DNA of 62,974 nucleotides, counting the filler. It is 14 parts of 14 records of this genome, joined end to end, with 100 filler letters (N's around TTAATTAATTAA, not from the genome) between each part and the next. Parts side by side here need not be neighbours in the genome. Positions count along the whole stretch, not along the records: positions 1 to 2,304 come from SRR11831580_2; positions 2,405 to 5,344 come from SRR11831580_13; positions 5,445 to 8,103 come from SRR11831580_20; positions 8,204 to 11,599 come from SRR11831580_22; 10 more parts are not named here. The stretch is one strand, 5' to 3'. The notes beneath the pieces are model-generated. The model saw nothing but the letters and a program-made list of their open reading frames with translations. It did no database searches and had not been told where the DNA came from. Shown piece by piece: positions 1 through 11,699 of the stretch; position 1 is the stretch's first letter, and each line of letters begins with the position of its first letter. The translations under genes were made by a program, and so were the position numbers.

Positions 1-1121
1 GAACAGCAGCGAGTCATCGGCATCCGCGGGCAAGTTGTACACATAAAGGTTGCTCTCATCACCGGGCGAGGGCACCACAGGCGGCGGCGACGGAGTGTAC
101 TAGTGGAAAACAGGGTCAGCTAGCCGACACATAGTGCGGGACAGGACGGGGCGTACAAGAGGGGTAGCATAGCCGGACCCGGCGAGGATAGGTGCATAGA
201 ACGCAGGATAGGATGCAGGTGCTAGTGTGGGGTATGTAGGCTCGGGCACGGGCGGCAGCGGGCGGCGTCCCTGCTTGGCTTTCCCTACACAGAAGCGCAT
301 GGTGAGACGCCGTCGGCGAGAACGGAACTATGACCAAACGTACTCTGCGCCTTTTCGGCCTCTGTATCGGCGTATTTAACAAGCAAGGGGCGAGACGCGC
401 CCGCCAACACCACGTTGTTGAGAGCTAGAACCAAATATTAGACGACGCGGCATCTGGAGAAAAAAAACCAAACATACAGCGAATGGCAAGAGCACCCTCG
501 TCAACATGCTGGAATCGAGCAAAACCGATTCCCCTGCTAAGACCGCTTGTCGCATGTGTGCAAGTTAAGGATTAACGTAAAATCGCAAACGAATAAACGA
601 AAGAAAAGGACTGGCGGATATCAATCAGAATGCGTGATTCCAAGATCGTGCCAAAGCGCGAGAACAAGGCATCCAACTCCTGATGGGTAAACTGCAGCGG
701 AAGCCCTTTCACGTAAATGTTGTTAGTCGGCGTCTGGGATGGCTCGGTGCTGTTTGCAGGCTTCACAGTCAACTGCTTACCCTCCACAGCCACTCCATTA
801 AGGACCTGGATCGCGTTATGCGCTGTTCACACAGTGAGCCATCAGGAAGATAGAAAAGCTATCTGAGATACCTTGATCCGGAGTTTCAAACTTAACAAAC
901 CCGAAGCCGCGGCTTCGACCAGTATTGAAGTCAATCATGACTTTGCAGGAGACGATAGTGCCAAAGCTGTTGAAGAGCGCCTTCAAGGTATCATCACCGG
1001 CAGAATCCGGGAGATTGGCAACAAACAAGTTGGTGGGGCTCACATCTCCGGAACGCTTTTCCATGCTGCTCTGAGCGGAATGGTCAACAGGGCTATGCGA
1101 TACAGTTTGCTCAGATGCCAT
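1..1121 (-). CDS. Eukaryotic three-RRM RNA-binding protein (ELAV/Hu/Sxl- or CELF-like), 3'-partial, 5 introns
   Basis: Manual splicing (introns 823-871, 556-621 AT-AC, 425-477, 285-343, 100-156) gives a continuous ORF: RRM1 (NLFVANLP..RGFGFVKF), RRM2 (NIYVKGLP..RGIGFARF), Pro/Tyr linker, start of RRM3 (NLYVYNLP). Confidence 0.88.
556..621 (-). other. U12-type (minor spliceosome) AT-AC intron, 66 nt
   Basis: 5' ATATCC, branch site TCCTTAAC (571-564), 3' CAC. Removal restores SRILID-ATSGLSRGIGFARF; retention gives an in-frame TAA. Confidence 0.85.
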
Positions 1122-1495
1122 AGTACGATGAAGAAGGAACCGGCTTTTACTCCGGCTGCAGTGCCCACACAATGTCGCGCGATGGCCTTTGTTGCTGCAC
1201 AGTATTGATGCCACGTTCTCCACTCAATACGAATTTGGTCAACTTGTCAATAGGATCTCGGTATGCAATACTCCGAGATCGGCCGCATATGGGGGTACAT
1301 CATATCTCCGATCCTATCGAGATGTATCGCGATCGAAATTCGTAGACAAGAAACTTTCCAAATGGAATTCCATCTTCATCGCTCACGACGACAGCGCATA
1401 GACAGTTCTCGCGTTAGTTAGATGATGACTGGTCCGCTCTGATACTGGCCTGCTCTGTGCTAAATCAAAAAGCGTGTAATCTGCATTTTCTCATT

Positions 1496-2304
1496 ATGCT
1501 CTCCGCCGACAAGACGCACCTCAGTCTTGCCTTCTGCAACCTGAGCGACGTTCCCCTTGAAGTTGCGAAGAAATATGGATCTGCTGTAAAACATCTGGAT
1601 CTTACGGGCAATTTACTTCGGTACGTCGTTTCGATGGTAGCTCAGCGCTTACGTTTGAGCAGTGGTGATTTGCTTGGACTTGCCTATTTTGCATCGTTAG
1701 ATACCTTGGTGTTGGACGACAATGGTCTGGATTGGAAACTGCGCTTGCCCATTCTACCTGCTCTGACCTCCCTCTCGTTCAACAAGAACGAAGTGGACAA
1801 TCTGAGCGCGTTTGTGGACCGCGTCACGCAAGTAGCCCCCAACCTGCGCTACCTGAGCATGCTGCAAAACCCTTGCTGCCCCAATTTTCTCAATGGCGGC
1901 ACTCCCGACCAGTACCGCGACTATCGGTGCGTGCGTTGTGTGTGTTTGTTCTTTCCCTTTGTTCGTGCGTGTGTCTGACGCATGGCGCTGTTGCAGGCTG
2001 TTTGTGACCAGCCGCATACCGAACCTGGTGGGATTGGACTCGACGTCCATCACCACGGATGAGCGGGATGCTGCGGATAAGGTACGCGCAATGAGCAAGC
2101 CCCGGCGGTTTATGGGCGAACATGATGTTCTTCTTCTTGGTGAAACTTTTGTGTGTTGTGTGGGTGTGGATTGCTGATTGGTGCTTGCGTGGCAGGTGTA
2201 CGGCGTCATTGCCAAAGCAAGGTCCCTCTCTTTCTCGGACGGTGCGTCTGTCGCCACCACTGCCAGTGTCGCATCGAAGAAAAAGGTAACGCATCGCATG
2301 GCTG
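1496..2304 (+). CDS. Leucine-rich repeat protein, LRMDA/C10orf11-like, 3'-partial, GT-AG introns
   Basis: LDLTGNLL, LVLDDNGL, LSFNKNEV, LSMLQNPCCPN and an LRRcap YR-LFVTSRIPNL..LD after removing introns 1621-1662, 1927-1996, 2082-2195. Confidence 0.78.
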
Positions 2305-2404
2305 NNNNNNNNNNNNNNNNNNNNNNNNNNNNNNNNNNNNNNNNNNNNTTAATTAATTAANNNNNNNNNNNNNNNNNNNNNNNNNNNNNNNNNNNNNNNN
2401 NNNN
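2305..2404. other. Artificial contig linker (first of 13; others at 5345, 8104, 11600, 18146, 20765, 23874, 33933, 36270, 38705, 49337, 56646, 58958; each 100 nt)
   Basis: N-run, TTAATTAATTAA (stops in all six frames), N-run; the flanking sequences are unrelated. Confidence 0.99.
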
Positions 2405-2641
2405 GCAATCCGCAGCCAAGTCCGTAGTGCTCCCCCCTGCATGCATGCATGTGTGCGGGGAGTAACCGGATGCTGTTCACAGACTAAATGTTGGTGGGTC
2501 CGTCGCATGCGTGCGATGGGCTTAAGATATAGTCGATCCCCCGGGGAAACCCGGGCTGCTTAGAGGAAGCTCGTGCGGAGTGCGAGCGGAGAGCTACGCA
2601 GGAGCGCGTGCAAACATGCTTGCATGCGCTCGGAGGCAATG
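2405..2641 (+). ncRNA. Group I intron (IC1-like), 3' half, in nuclear LSU rDNA; apparent site L2079
   Basis: Q AATCCGCAGCC, R GTTCACAGACTA, S AAGATATAGTCG, terminal G at 2641, then LSU exon CTAGTCCGAC. Confidence 0.88.
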
Positions 2642-3051
2642 CTAGTCCGACTTTGTGGAATGATCCAAGAGGTGTAGAATAAGAGGGAGCCCTTAAAAGC
2701 GCCGGTGAAATACCTCTACTCTTGGCATTATTCTACTTATTCAATCGCACAAGGAAGCGTGGGGTGGTCCCTCACGTCACTTCTGGAGTTAAGGTTGCCG
2801 CAAGGCGACGCGACTTGCGTTGAAGACATAGTCAGGTGGGGAGTTTGGCTGGGGCGGCACATCTGATAAAGGGTAACTCAGGTGTCCTAAGATGAGCTCA
2901 AAGAGAACAGAAATCTCTTGTGGAGTAAAAGGACAAAAGCTCATTTGATTGAAATTTTCAGTACCAATTTCAACCATGAAAGTGTGGCCTATCGCTCCTT
3001 TCAATGCTCTAAATTTGAGCTGAGAGGCGTCAGAAAAGTTACCAGAGGGAT

Positions 3052-3585
3052 GAACCACTACTATAGATAGTCCCAGTCGAAGCGAGTGACACGTAACCAC
3101 TCGGCATACGAAACTTCGGCTAGTCGCTACGAGGTACGCGTCCCATGCGCGGACGTGCCTGTGGATCTCGTAGGTCGGGCAACACACCTGGATGCTGGGA
3201 ACTCCTGTTTGAGGCTTGACGTACCAAGCACGGCCGGTAACGCCGCCGTGTGAACACGTAGTTCGTGCGTGGGGTGACAATCGTCAAGATAGGGACAATC
3301 AGCAGGCGAGCGGGCTGCGTGCATGAAGTGTGCGCGGTTCGCCGTCTCGACGGCTGGTAAGGTGTGCGGTCGCCTCCATTGTGGCGCGATCGTAAGGTAC
3401 AGCCTATGCCCACGCGAAAGCGTGCCACTGGCGAAATCATAGTCGGGCCTATGATAGTCAGTGGAGGACACGGTCGGTTGCGCCACCATCTCGTTCGTTC
3501 GAGACGTCTTCATGCACTCCAAACACATTTTGTACAAGTATAAGAGTGGAAGGCGAGGGTGCGCACGCGGGTCTCGGTACTACAG
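3052..3585 (+). ncRNA. Group I intron at L2449 (IE-like core), 534 nt, no homing endonuclease ORF
   Basis: Interrupts GGGAT|AACTGG; IGS GTCCC; P3 CACACCT/AGGTGTG; P7 ACGGCTG/CAGCCT; ends in G. Confidence 0.92.
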
Positions 3586-3622
3586 AACTGGCTTGTGGCA
3601 GCCAAGCGTTCAAAGCGACGTT

Positions 3623-3667
<45 letters not shown>

Positions 3668-3720
3668 GAATTCACACAGTGTCAGATTGTTCACCTGCTA
3701 CCAGGGAACGTGAGCTGGGT

Positions 3721-4217
3721 TTACACGATGCAAGTCCATCCGTATGCATGGACTTTCTTTTAGCCCAACAGTCGAGAGGGTTGTGTTTGGCGACGCTCCT
3801 CACGTCGTCGCCTGCGAAAAGAAACACAGCGAAGGAACTCTCGGCTCAACCGAGGTGTGTCGGAGTGCGTCAAACTGTTCGGGGAAACCCTGAGAGCTTT
3901 AGGTACCGCCTGCACGGGAGAAATCGCGAGCAGGTCCTCAGTCCTTGAGGGGGTCACAATCCTAAAGATTGGGTAATCCGCAGCCAAGCCTCTACCGCTA
4001 GCTATACACATAGTGCTAGCCAGGAGGAAGGTCCAGAGACTGTAAGGCGCGCCGCGCAAGCGGAACATACAGTCCAGCCCCGTCCGAAAGGACGTCTCTA
4101 CTCTAGTAAGCTGTGCGAGCACACACCTGCATGCAAAGCAAGCTCGCAGCCTAGGGAGCAGAGAAGGCGCTCGAGTCCCCGGAGCAAATGCCGCGGAGAC
4201 GATGCCTGGTGCAAGCG
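3721..4217 (+). ncRNA. Group I intron at L2584 (IC1-like), 497 nt, no homing endonuclease ORF
   Basis: Interrupts TGGGT|TTAGACC; IGS GCCCA; Q AATCCGCAGCC, R GTCCAGAGACTG, S AACATACAGTCC; P5abc-like extension; ends in G. Confidence 0.92.
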
Positions 4218-4252
<35 letters not shown>

Positions 4253-5444
4253 CGTCGATGCGTTGTCGTTACAGTAGTTCAGATTAGTACGAGAGGAACA
4301 TCTGGACGGCATGATGGGTATTTGCATTTGGTCGAACGACCAATGATGCGAAGCTTCTTGCCTTTTGATTATGCTTGAACGCCTCTAAAGCAGAAGCAAA
4401 TCTGGAGCGACGATAAGTGCTTCCCCAACGTCAGAGGATGACAATAGGACATGGCCGCAAGGTTGTGCTCCGAGCATCATACCACAGTATCGCCCGCGGC
4501 CGCAGAACAGGTGGCTGCGGGTTTCTGTGGATTGTAAACGAAAGCGTGGGGAAGAGAAATCTCTTGTATACGACTTGATTCGGACTGGGTATTGTACGGG
4601 GTAGAGAGGCCTAGTGCCTCGATCCTCTGAGATTCAGCCCGTGTTCGACGATTTGTCTCTTTTTTCTTTGATTCTTCATTTTCTATATCCACACATCATC
4701 ATGCATGATCAGATAAATCTCCATTCAGTAGACAGAAAGTAACAAAAAAAGATAGGTTCAACCACGCCCAAGTCCGCCCAGGTCAAAAAAATGGCCCATC
4801 CCAGGGTCGCGGGGTCGCTTCCTGCTGCATATCCCAGTACTTATATATGGTCCCAACTAGAAGGAGCTAGAGAGTTACGACGCGAGTACCTTCAAGAACG
4901 CGGGCCTGGATATAGAGCATTGTGCGGCATTGTAGAGCTTCAAGAACGGGTTGGGACCGTGTGATGCGATCAGCCTGGACATAGTTTTTGTGCGGCATGG
5001 TACGGGTTTGCCGCATACACATTGACCAGAATGCGTATGTAAGCGCTGCAGCGTCATAGTTGGCTCGTTTTGTGCACCGACCCGCTGACCCAATCCCGTT
5101 CCCTTTCATGCACAAAAACGTGCACGCTCACATGGATGCACGCACGTTGTATAGATAGAGCGTGCCCTGCATGGGTGGTGGTTGTTTTCTGAACCTGGTT
5201 GTATACAGCGTCCGCGCTCATTCATTCAGCCATGCATATATACATGCAGCACTCACACAAACTATTATAGGGATTCAGCATACCGCGACACACCCGCACC
5301 TGCACCGCTCGTATACACAAACACACGCACACACGCACACACATNNNNNNNNNNNNNNNNNNNNNNNNNNNNNNNNNNNNNNNNNNNNTTAATTAATTAA
5401 NNNNNNNNNNNNNNNNNNNNNNNNNNNNNNNNNNNNNNNNNNNN

Positions 5445-5862
5445 ATCGGAACTGCCTTTTGTGTTCCACGCGCACGTGCCTTACAACTGGGACGCAGACG
5501 AGGATCAGCTCAGTGTGCGCATGTCAACGTACTGGACGAACTTTGCCCACAACGGTACGAACTGGGATGAATCATGTGTGTTGTAGGTAGTTGGCTGCGA
5601 ATGTATGCATGTGTGAGATTGTTTGTTTTGTTGTTGTGAAGTGTCCACGATGGTTCGTATGACAGTTGACGGTGCCGATCTTACTGTTGTTTGTTCCTTA
5701 TTAGGTGATCCCAACATCGGACAGCCCGTCGACACGCAGTGGACTGCCCTAAATAGCAACCCGAATGCGACCCTGCTGTTCCAGACTGGCTCACTGGTTG
5801 TGGACACTGACTACCGCACTCAGTACTGTGATTTCTGGGACACGGTCGGTTACACTTATTAA
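5445..5862 (+). CDS. C-terminus of a type-B carboxylesterase/cholinesterase-family protein (5'-partial; intron 5555-5704)
   Basis: ELPFVF...MSTYWTNFAHNG|DPN...W...CDFWD motif series. Confidence 0.85.
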
Positions 5863-6372
5863 GCCCATACGATGTGAGGAAAGAAGAGAGTGACAGCATA
5901 TGTGTGTGTTTAGTTTGCGTCTGCACACATGCCTGTATACGTGGCGTGGTCAATATATTACTAGTCATCTCAGAAACGTCGTTCTCTGTCTCAGCCGTTC
6001 AGCGGATTGGCACGAGGTTGTTGCCTTACGCTATCAGCGACAGATGCAATGCATCAACTCCTCAAGTCAACAACCACAACAACCACAACATCCATCATCG
6101 CGCGCAACAACCACAACAGCAATTTGACGAGCTCCATCACGTGCGCATATCCTATCCATCACCGTTCACAGGCCAACTGCGCGCTACGGCTGACATCGCG
6201 GCCTGTCACACATCCTATGACGCACACGACCCACCACACCATAGGATAAATGACAACGATTGCTCCTCATCATAAATAAGCAAGTCTCGGGTAAAACAGA
6301 GCATTGCGAGACCTCCACTCTCTTAGAAGAGCAGCACAGAACGACAGCCATCACCGAAAGCACCAAATCAAA

Positions 6373-8103
6373 TCAATAGGTAGTGGCGTATCGGCCAAAA
6401 CACATTCCATTGTATGAATTATCCCCTGTCAGACATTTTCGCTGCACAATTGTGTGATCCGCTACGAGCTGCGTCCATGCCTACAAACATGGAACGTGAG
6501 CACACACCACACACACATTTCAGAAGAGTGAAACTGGGAGTTTCAGAACCATTTGGTGCCTCTCTATTCCCATTCATTGTGTACGTTCACATCAAAACAC
6601 ACGCACAGGCGAATGTCGCGTATCAACCGTATAACAAACAGCGTACCGCATGTGGGTCATTGCAGTATACCGTGGTACACGCCGTGTCGTCCATCACCAG
6701 TGTGTGCGAGAGCGGGTTCGCTAGCACCGCCATGTTCCGCAGATCAGCTAATAGAACAGTTCAGAAACACGAACTAAGAGACAGTGTTTAACATGATCGC
6801 TGTGCCAACCGCAGAAATAACTCGCACACACATACACACGACACACCACGCTAACGAAGAGATTCAATCAGCACACACGAACATGTGCACACAGAGACCA
6901 TGCATCGGACTAACAAACAACATCGGCACCAACTCAAAAGAAGCAAACACCACGCACCGAGGGGCACATCGCCTTCATGACCGCCATCAATGTGGATCAC
7001 GTCACAGCGAACGTCAGGATGGTTCTACAAACAACGAGCACAGCGTCATTAGACCCTGCCAGCCAATGCCAGTAAACATGACGCACACACGGATAACAGG
7101 AGAAGCGCACAATACACCAACTCAGGATGCGCCATAAAACACACGTTACCTTAATGAACTCAGGTACAGTTTGGCGCGAATCGCCGCATGTAATGACGAA
7201 TCGGTCACCATAACGTTGCCTCATGTAGTCGATCGCCAGCTGGGAGCACGGGTTGCCGCAGAAATCGAACGAGTACAGACGCGCATCGGGGTTGTTTTCC
7301 AGCCATACGATAGTGGAGTGGCCCACATTGAAACCTGACAAAACCACATGTGAGCTGCATCGTTACACTTCCCTGCCTCGCAACAGCACCGGAGAGATCG
7401 ATCACAGGTACGCAAACAGATACTAAGCTTCAACCACAACCAAAACCCACAGAATGTTAATACGATACAGTACACAGCCGTACCGATCTCGCAAACCGTA
7501 TCGACCATCGCCGTGTTCGAGGCAAGTCCCCGCAGTGCACGAATCTACACACAGAGTGATACGACACATACACACACGTATACTAGTTGAGAATCTGCAC
7601 ATGAAGACACAACAACAAATCAGACCAACCACTCACATATCAGGCATACAGACAACAATGGATCACCGAGATTCACACGGATGAGTGTACCTTCCACGGG
7701 CTCTGCGCAATGTGTCCTTCAATAATGTGAAACTGCGGGTCTTTGGCCTTCTCTGACAGCGCACACGCTCGCACCACCTTATCGAGATGTGACAACTATA
7801 ACAACACGCAGTGCACAGATACACACACGCACGCACGTACACACACGATACATTGTACACGAGGGGTGAGACAATAGGAGCATGAATATAAAGCAAACAC
7901 AGAACGCGACACACACATCAAGGTATACAAAGGCTAAACGGAAACCTCAACAGCATGAACGTACAGCTACGCTGTCTTCGTTTGTATAGTTCCAGGACGC
8001 GGGGAATGGTGCATCTAGCACGTCATACACTCAGCACACGGAAAAAACAGCAGATACAAAGCTTACCGTGCCTCAAAACGCACACAAGCCATCTCATAGG
8101 AAG
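6373..8103 (-). CDS. Class I SAM-dependent methyltransferase (Methyltransf_24-like), multi-intron, 5'-partial
   Basis: Spliced exons give VCEIG|FNVGHS, LYSFD, GDSRQTVP, CDVIHIDGGH, DLRNM..LVMDD, ending GRYATTY*. Confidence 0.78.
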
Positions 8104-8203
8104 NNNNNNNNNNNNNNNNNNNNNNNNNNNNNNNNNNNNNNNNNNNNTTAATTAATTAANNNNNNNNNNNNNNNNNNNNNNNNNNNNNNNNNNNNNNNNN
8201 NNN

Positions 8204-8668
8204 CGTTTACGGCCTGAATAACTGCCGTCGTTTAATATGTAATTCTTTATTTAACGCCTGATAAAACGGATTATCGCCGCGATAATTAAACAGGGTTTCA
8301 TTTTCCCCCAGGTGCTGATGAATAATGTCGTGCCACTGTAGCCAGGCGATAAGGTGAAAATTCACAGCGGTCATTTGCAAGGTTGGGGACAGCCAACGCC
8401 GACAACGACTCATCTCTATATGAAGATGTTGACCAACCGTAATACCTTGATCGTCAAACTGAACCTTATCACCATGCCGGAACAGATCATCAAAGTGAGT
8501 GAGTGCCAACCGACAACTGTTTGGCGCATTGTCGTACTCTTCACAAAGCAGCGTCAGCAACTGCTGGCGAGCCGGGAGTGCGATATTTACCGCTCTGGCA
8601 AAGACCTGTTCAACCTGTCCTTGCCCCCGCTGCGCCAGAAAATCCGCATCCGCAGTTAGCGCCCACAC
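8204..8668 (-). CDS. yahE: DUF2877 protein YahE, 3'-partial
   Basis: MWALTADADFLAQRGQ N-terminus, downstream of yahD; apparent 1-nt homopolymer loss near 8224. Confidence 0.85.
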
Positions 8669-8707
8669 ACACCGTCTTTCTGGTGTGTTGATAGCAAGCC
8701 TCCCGGT

Positions 8708-9313
8708 TTATGCACCTGCGGCAATCAGTAACTGCGCAATCTCTTCAAAGCCCCGTTCCCGCGCCAGTTCCAGTGGCGTTTTGCCATATTTATCGGTCAG
8801 ATGCGGGCTGGCACCGTGTTCCAGCAATAACTGCACAATCGCCTGCTGTTTAATACCACCATCATTAAGCACAATCGCTTCCAGTAGCGGCGTCCAGCCT
8901 ACATGGTTGGTCTGGTTAACGTTAATCTCCGTATGCGCCAAAAGCTCTTTTACAATACTTAAATGGCCTTTTTCACAGGCAGGCGTCAGGCCGACACCGC
9001 CAAAACGGGTTACGCAATTAAGATCGGGTTTAGCCGGTAAAATAATTCGTAGTAGCGTTAAATCATCGTTCAGACAGCTAATTAAAAAAGGATTTAAACA
9101 GGTATGATCTTGCTTATTAATATCCGCTCCGGCATCAATTAATGCCTGAACGCAAGCATATTGCTGATATAAACTTGCCAGCGTAATTGCCGTTTTCCCC
9201 TGACGATCGCAGGTATTAATATCGACACCCAGCGCAAGGCAGGTTTTTACTTTATCGATATCACCCTGTTGTGCAGCCAATAAATAGTCGGCAGGTAGAT
9301 TTTTTATACTCAT
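8708..9313 (-). CDS. yahD: Ankyrin-repeat protein YahD
   Basis: 201 aa with ankyrin repeats; yah gene order. Confidence 0.92.
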   Translation of the reverse strand: MSIKNLPADYLLAAQQGDIDKVKTCLALGVDINTCDRQGKTAITLASLYQQYACVQALIDAGADINKQDHTCLNPFLISCLNDDLTLLRIILPAKPDLNCVTRFGGVGLTPACEKGHLSIVKELLAHTEINVNQTNHVGWTPLLEAIVLNDGGIKQQAIVQLLLEHGASPHLTDKYGKTPLELARERGFEEIAQLLIAAGA

Positions 9314-9570
9314 TCACATTCCCCTGGTTTTTGTGGCTGTTTTCGATGAATTGAGAATAGCAACGATAATCTGATAAAAGAACCCGCTTAAATTTAATTC
9401 GCCGTATCTCGCCTTTTTGTTGAATAATATTCAACAATCTTTTCGCAGTGTGCGGTAGTGCAATATTTGTTTCTTTGACCCGATACCCTTTCACTCAATC
9501 AGGTTTTATTTCTCTATAGTCTGCACATGTAAGAGTAGCTTTCGTCCATGTCTAACCAGAGGGGAACAAG

Positions 9571-10068
9571 ATGAACGGACTCACGGCAACGGGTGTCACC
9601 GTCGGTATTTGTGCAGGGCTTTGGCAGTTAGTGTCTTCACATGTCGGGCTCTCTCAAGGATGGGAATTATTAGGAACCATTGGCTTCGTCGCCTTTTGCA
9701 GTTTTTATGCCGCAGGCGGCGGTAAATCGGGGTTTATCAGAAGTCTGGCGGTTAATTATTCCGGGATGGTGTGGGCGTTTTTCGCCGCGCTGACTGCTGG
9801 TTGGCTGGCCTCTGTAAGTGGACTGTCCGCGTTCTGGGCGAGCGTAATTACTACCGTACCCTTCTCGGCGGTAGTGGTCTGGCAAGGGCGTTTCTGGTTA
9901 CTGTCCTTTATTCCCGGTGGCTTTCTCGGCATGACGCTGTTTTTTGCCAGCGGGATGAACTGGACGGTGACGTTACTGGGTTTTCTGGCGGGTAACTGCG
10001 TGGGGGTAATTTCAGAATATGGTGGACAAAAATTAAGCGAAGCGACGACTAAACGCGACGGGTATTAA
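9571..10068 (+). CDS. yahC: Inner membrane protein YahC (DUF1097)
   Basis: 165 aa hydrophobic ORF; synteny. Confidence 0.9.
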   Translation: MNGLTATGVTVGICAGLWQLVSSHVGLSQGWELLGTIGFVAFCSFYAAGGGKSGFIRSLAVNYSGMVWAFFAALTAGWLASVSGLSAFWASVITTVPFSAVVVWQGRFWLLSFIPGGFLGMTLFFASGMNWTVTLLGFLAGNCVGVISEYGGQKLSEATTKRDGY

Positions 10069-10159
10069 AAGTTATTCAAAAATGATTATCTATCTTTAAC
10101 CGATACCTCTACAGTCATAGCTGGAGAAATTCATAGTAGATAATGGCGAGAATGGTTTA

Positions 10160-11091
10160 ATGAACTCAATTTTTACCGAAGAGAATCTGTTGGCATTTAC
10201 TACCGCTGCGCGTTTTGGCAGCTTCAGTAAAGCCGCAGAAGAGTTGGGTTTAACCACTTCCGCCATTAGCTACACCATTAAGCGTATGGAGACGGGGCTG
10301 GATGTGGTGCTGTTCACTCGCAGTACCCGCAGCATTGAGTTAACGGAGTCCGGGCGTTATTTTTTCCGCAAAGCTACCGACCTGCTGAATGATTTTTATG
10401 CCATCAAACGCAGAATCGATACTATTTCGCAGGGCATAGAAGCGCGTGTGCGCATTTGTATTAATCAGCTGCTTTATACGCCCAAACACACCGCACGCTT
10501 GTTACAGGTGCTGAAAAAGCAGTTTCCTACCTGCCAGATTACCGTCACCACCGAAGTGTATAACGGCGTCTGGGATGCGATTATTAATAATCAGGCCAAT
10601 ATCGCCATCGGCGCACCCGATACACTACTGGACGGCGGCGGTATTGATTACACTGAAATTGGCGCGATTCGCTGGGCTTTTGCTATCGCCCCGGATCACC
10701 CGTTAGCCTTTGTGCCGGAACCCATCGCCGAAAGCCAACTGCGTCTCTACCCTAATATTATGGTGGAGGACACCGCGCATACGATTAATAAAAAAGTGGG
10801 CTGGTTGCTGCACGGGCAGGAGTCAATTCTGGTGCCAGATTTCAACACCAAATGTCAGTGCCAGATTTTAGGTGAAGGAATTGGTTTTTGCCGGATTACA
10901 TGGTCCGTGAGGCGATGACGCAATCCCTGCTGGTTACCCGACAAATCCATAATCCGCGCCAGGATTCGCGCATGTTACTGGCGACTCAGCATTCTGCTAC
11001 GGGTCAGGTGACGCAGTGGATTAAAAAACAATTTGCGCCAAATGGCATATTAACGGGGATCTATCAGGATTTACTGCATCGGGAGAATTAA
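10160..11091 (+). CDS. yahB: LysR-family regulator YahB (split by a 1-nt homopolymer frameshift near 10885-10889)
   Basis: LysR HTH; adding one T to GGTTTTTG joins both ORFs as IGFLPDYMVRE. Confidence 0.88.
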
Positions 11092-11132
11092 TCGCTGCCA
11101 ACCTCCCGATGCGCTGTGAATAGCGGTTTACA

Positions 11133-11599
11133 TCAACCACCTGCTTTCATTACCCATTCAGAGATAAATTTATTACCCGGTACTGGCGGAGAGTACAAAT
11201 AGCCCTGCAAAAAGTGAACGCCTTTACCGATCATTAAATCCGCCTGCTCCTGGGTTTCTACCCCTTCCGCCACGATACTCAGACCAGGCTTACGCGCTAG
11301 TTCGACAATATTGTCCACAATATGACCGGAGATTTCGTCGACACTCGCCATTTGCACAAATGACTTATCGATCTTAATAAAATCGACCGGGAACGCCTGC
11401 AAGTAACGATAGGTCGCATAACCCGTACCAAAGTCATCCAGCGCAAAGGTAATGTTGTGCTGATGAAGGCTGTCAAATATCGCTCTGGCTTCTGGCGTTA
11501 CCGGAATAGGGTTACGTTCCGTTAGCTCGAGAACCAGCTTGATTTTATCGTTACCTAATTTATTAACCAGGTTCAGACACTCTTTTTCAAATCCCGCTG
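11133..11599 (-). CDS. pdeL: EAL c-di-GMP phosphodiesterase PdeL (YahA), C-terminal part
   Basis: DDFGTG, IKIDKSFV, AEGVET, QGYLYS motifs. Confidence 0.9.
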
Positions 11600-11699
11600 N
11601 NNNNNNNNNNNNNNNNNNNNNNNNNNNNNNNNNNNNNNNNNNNTTAATTAATTAANNNNNNNNNNNNNNNNNNNNNNNNNNNNNNNNNNNNNNNNNNNN

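Noticed and set aside
4740-4870. 5S rRNA, Pol III gene or rDNA spacer promoter downstream of the LSU
   Set aside because: Only a weak AGTACTGGGAT similarity, a TATATA and a T-run; no 5S fold can be built.
10160-11091. yahB (and the yahE end) as pseudogenes
   Set aside because: Single-base losses in homopolymers are typical of 454 chemistry.
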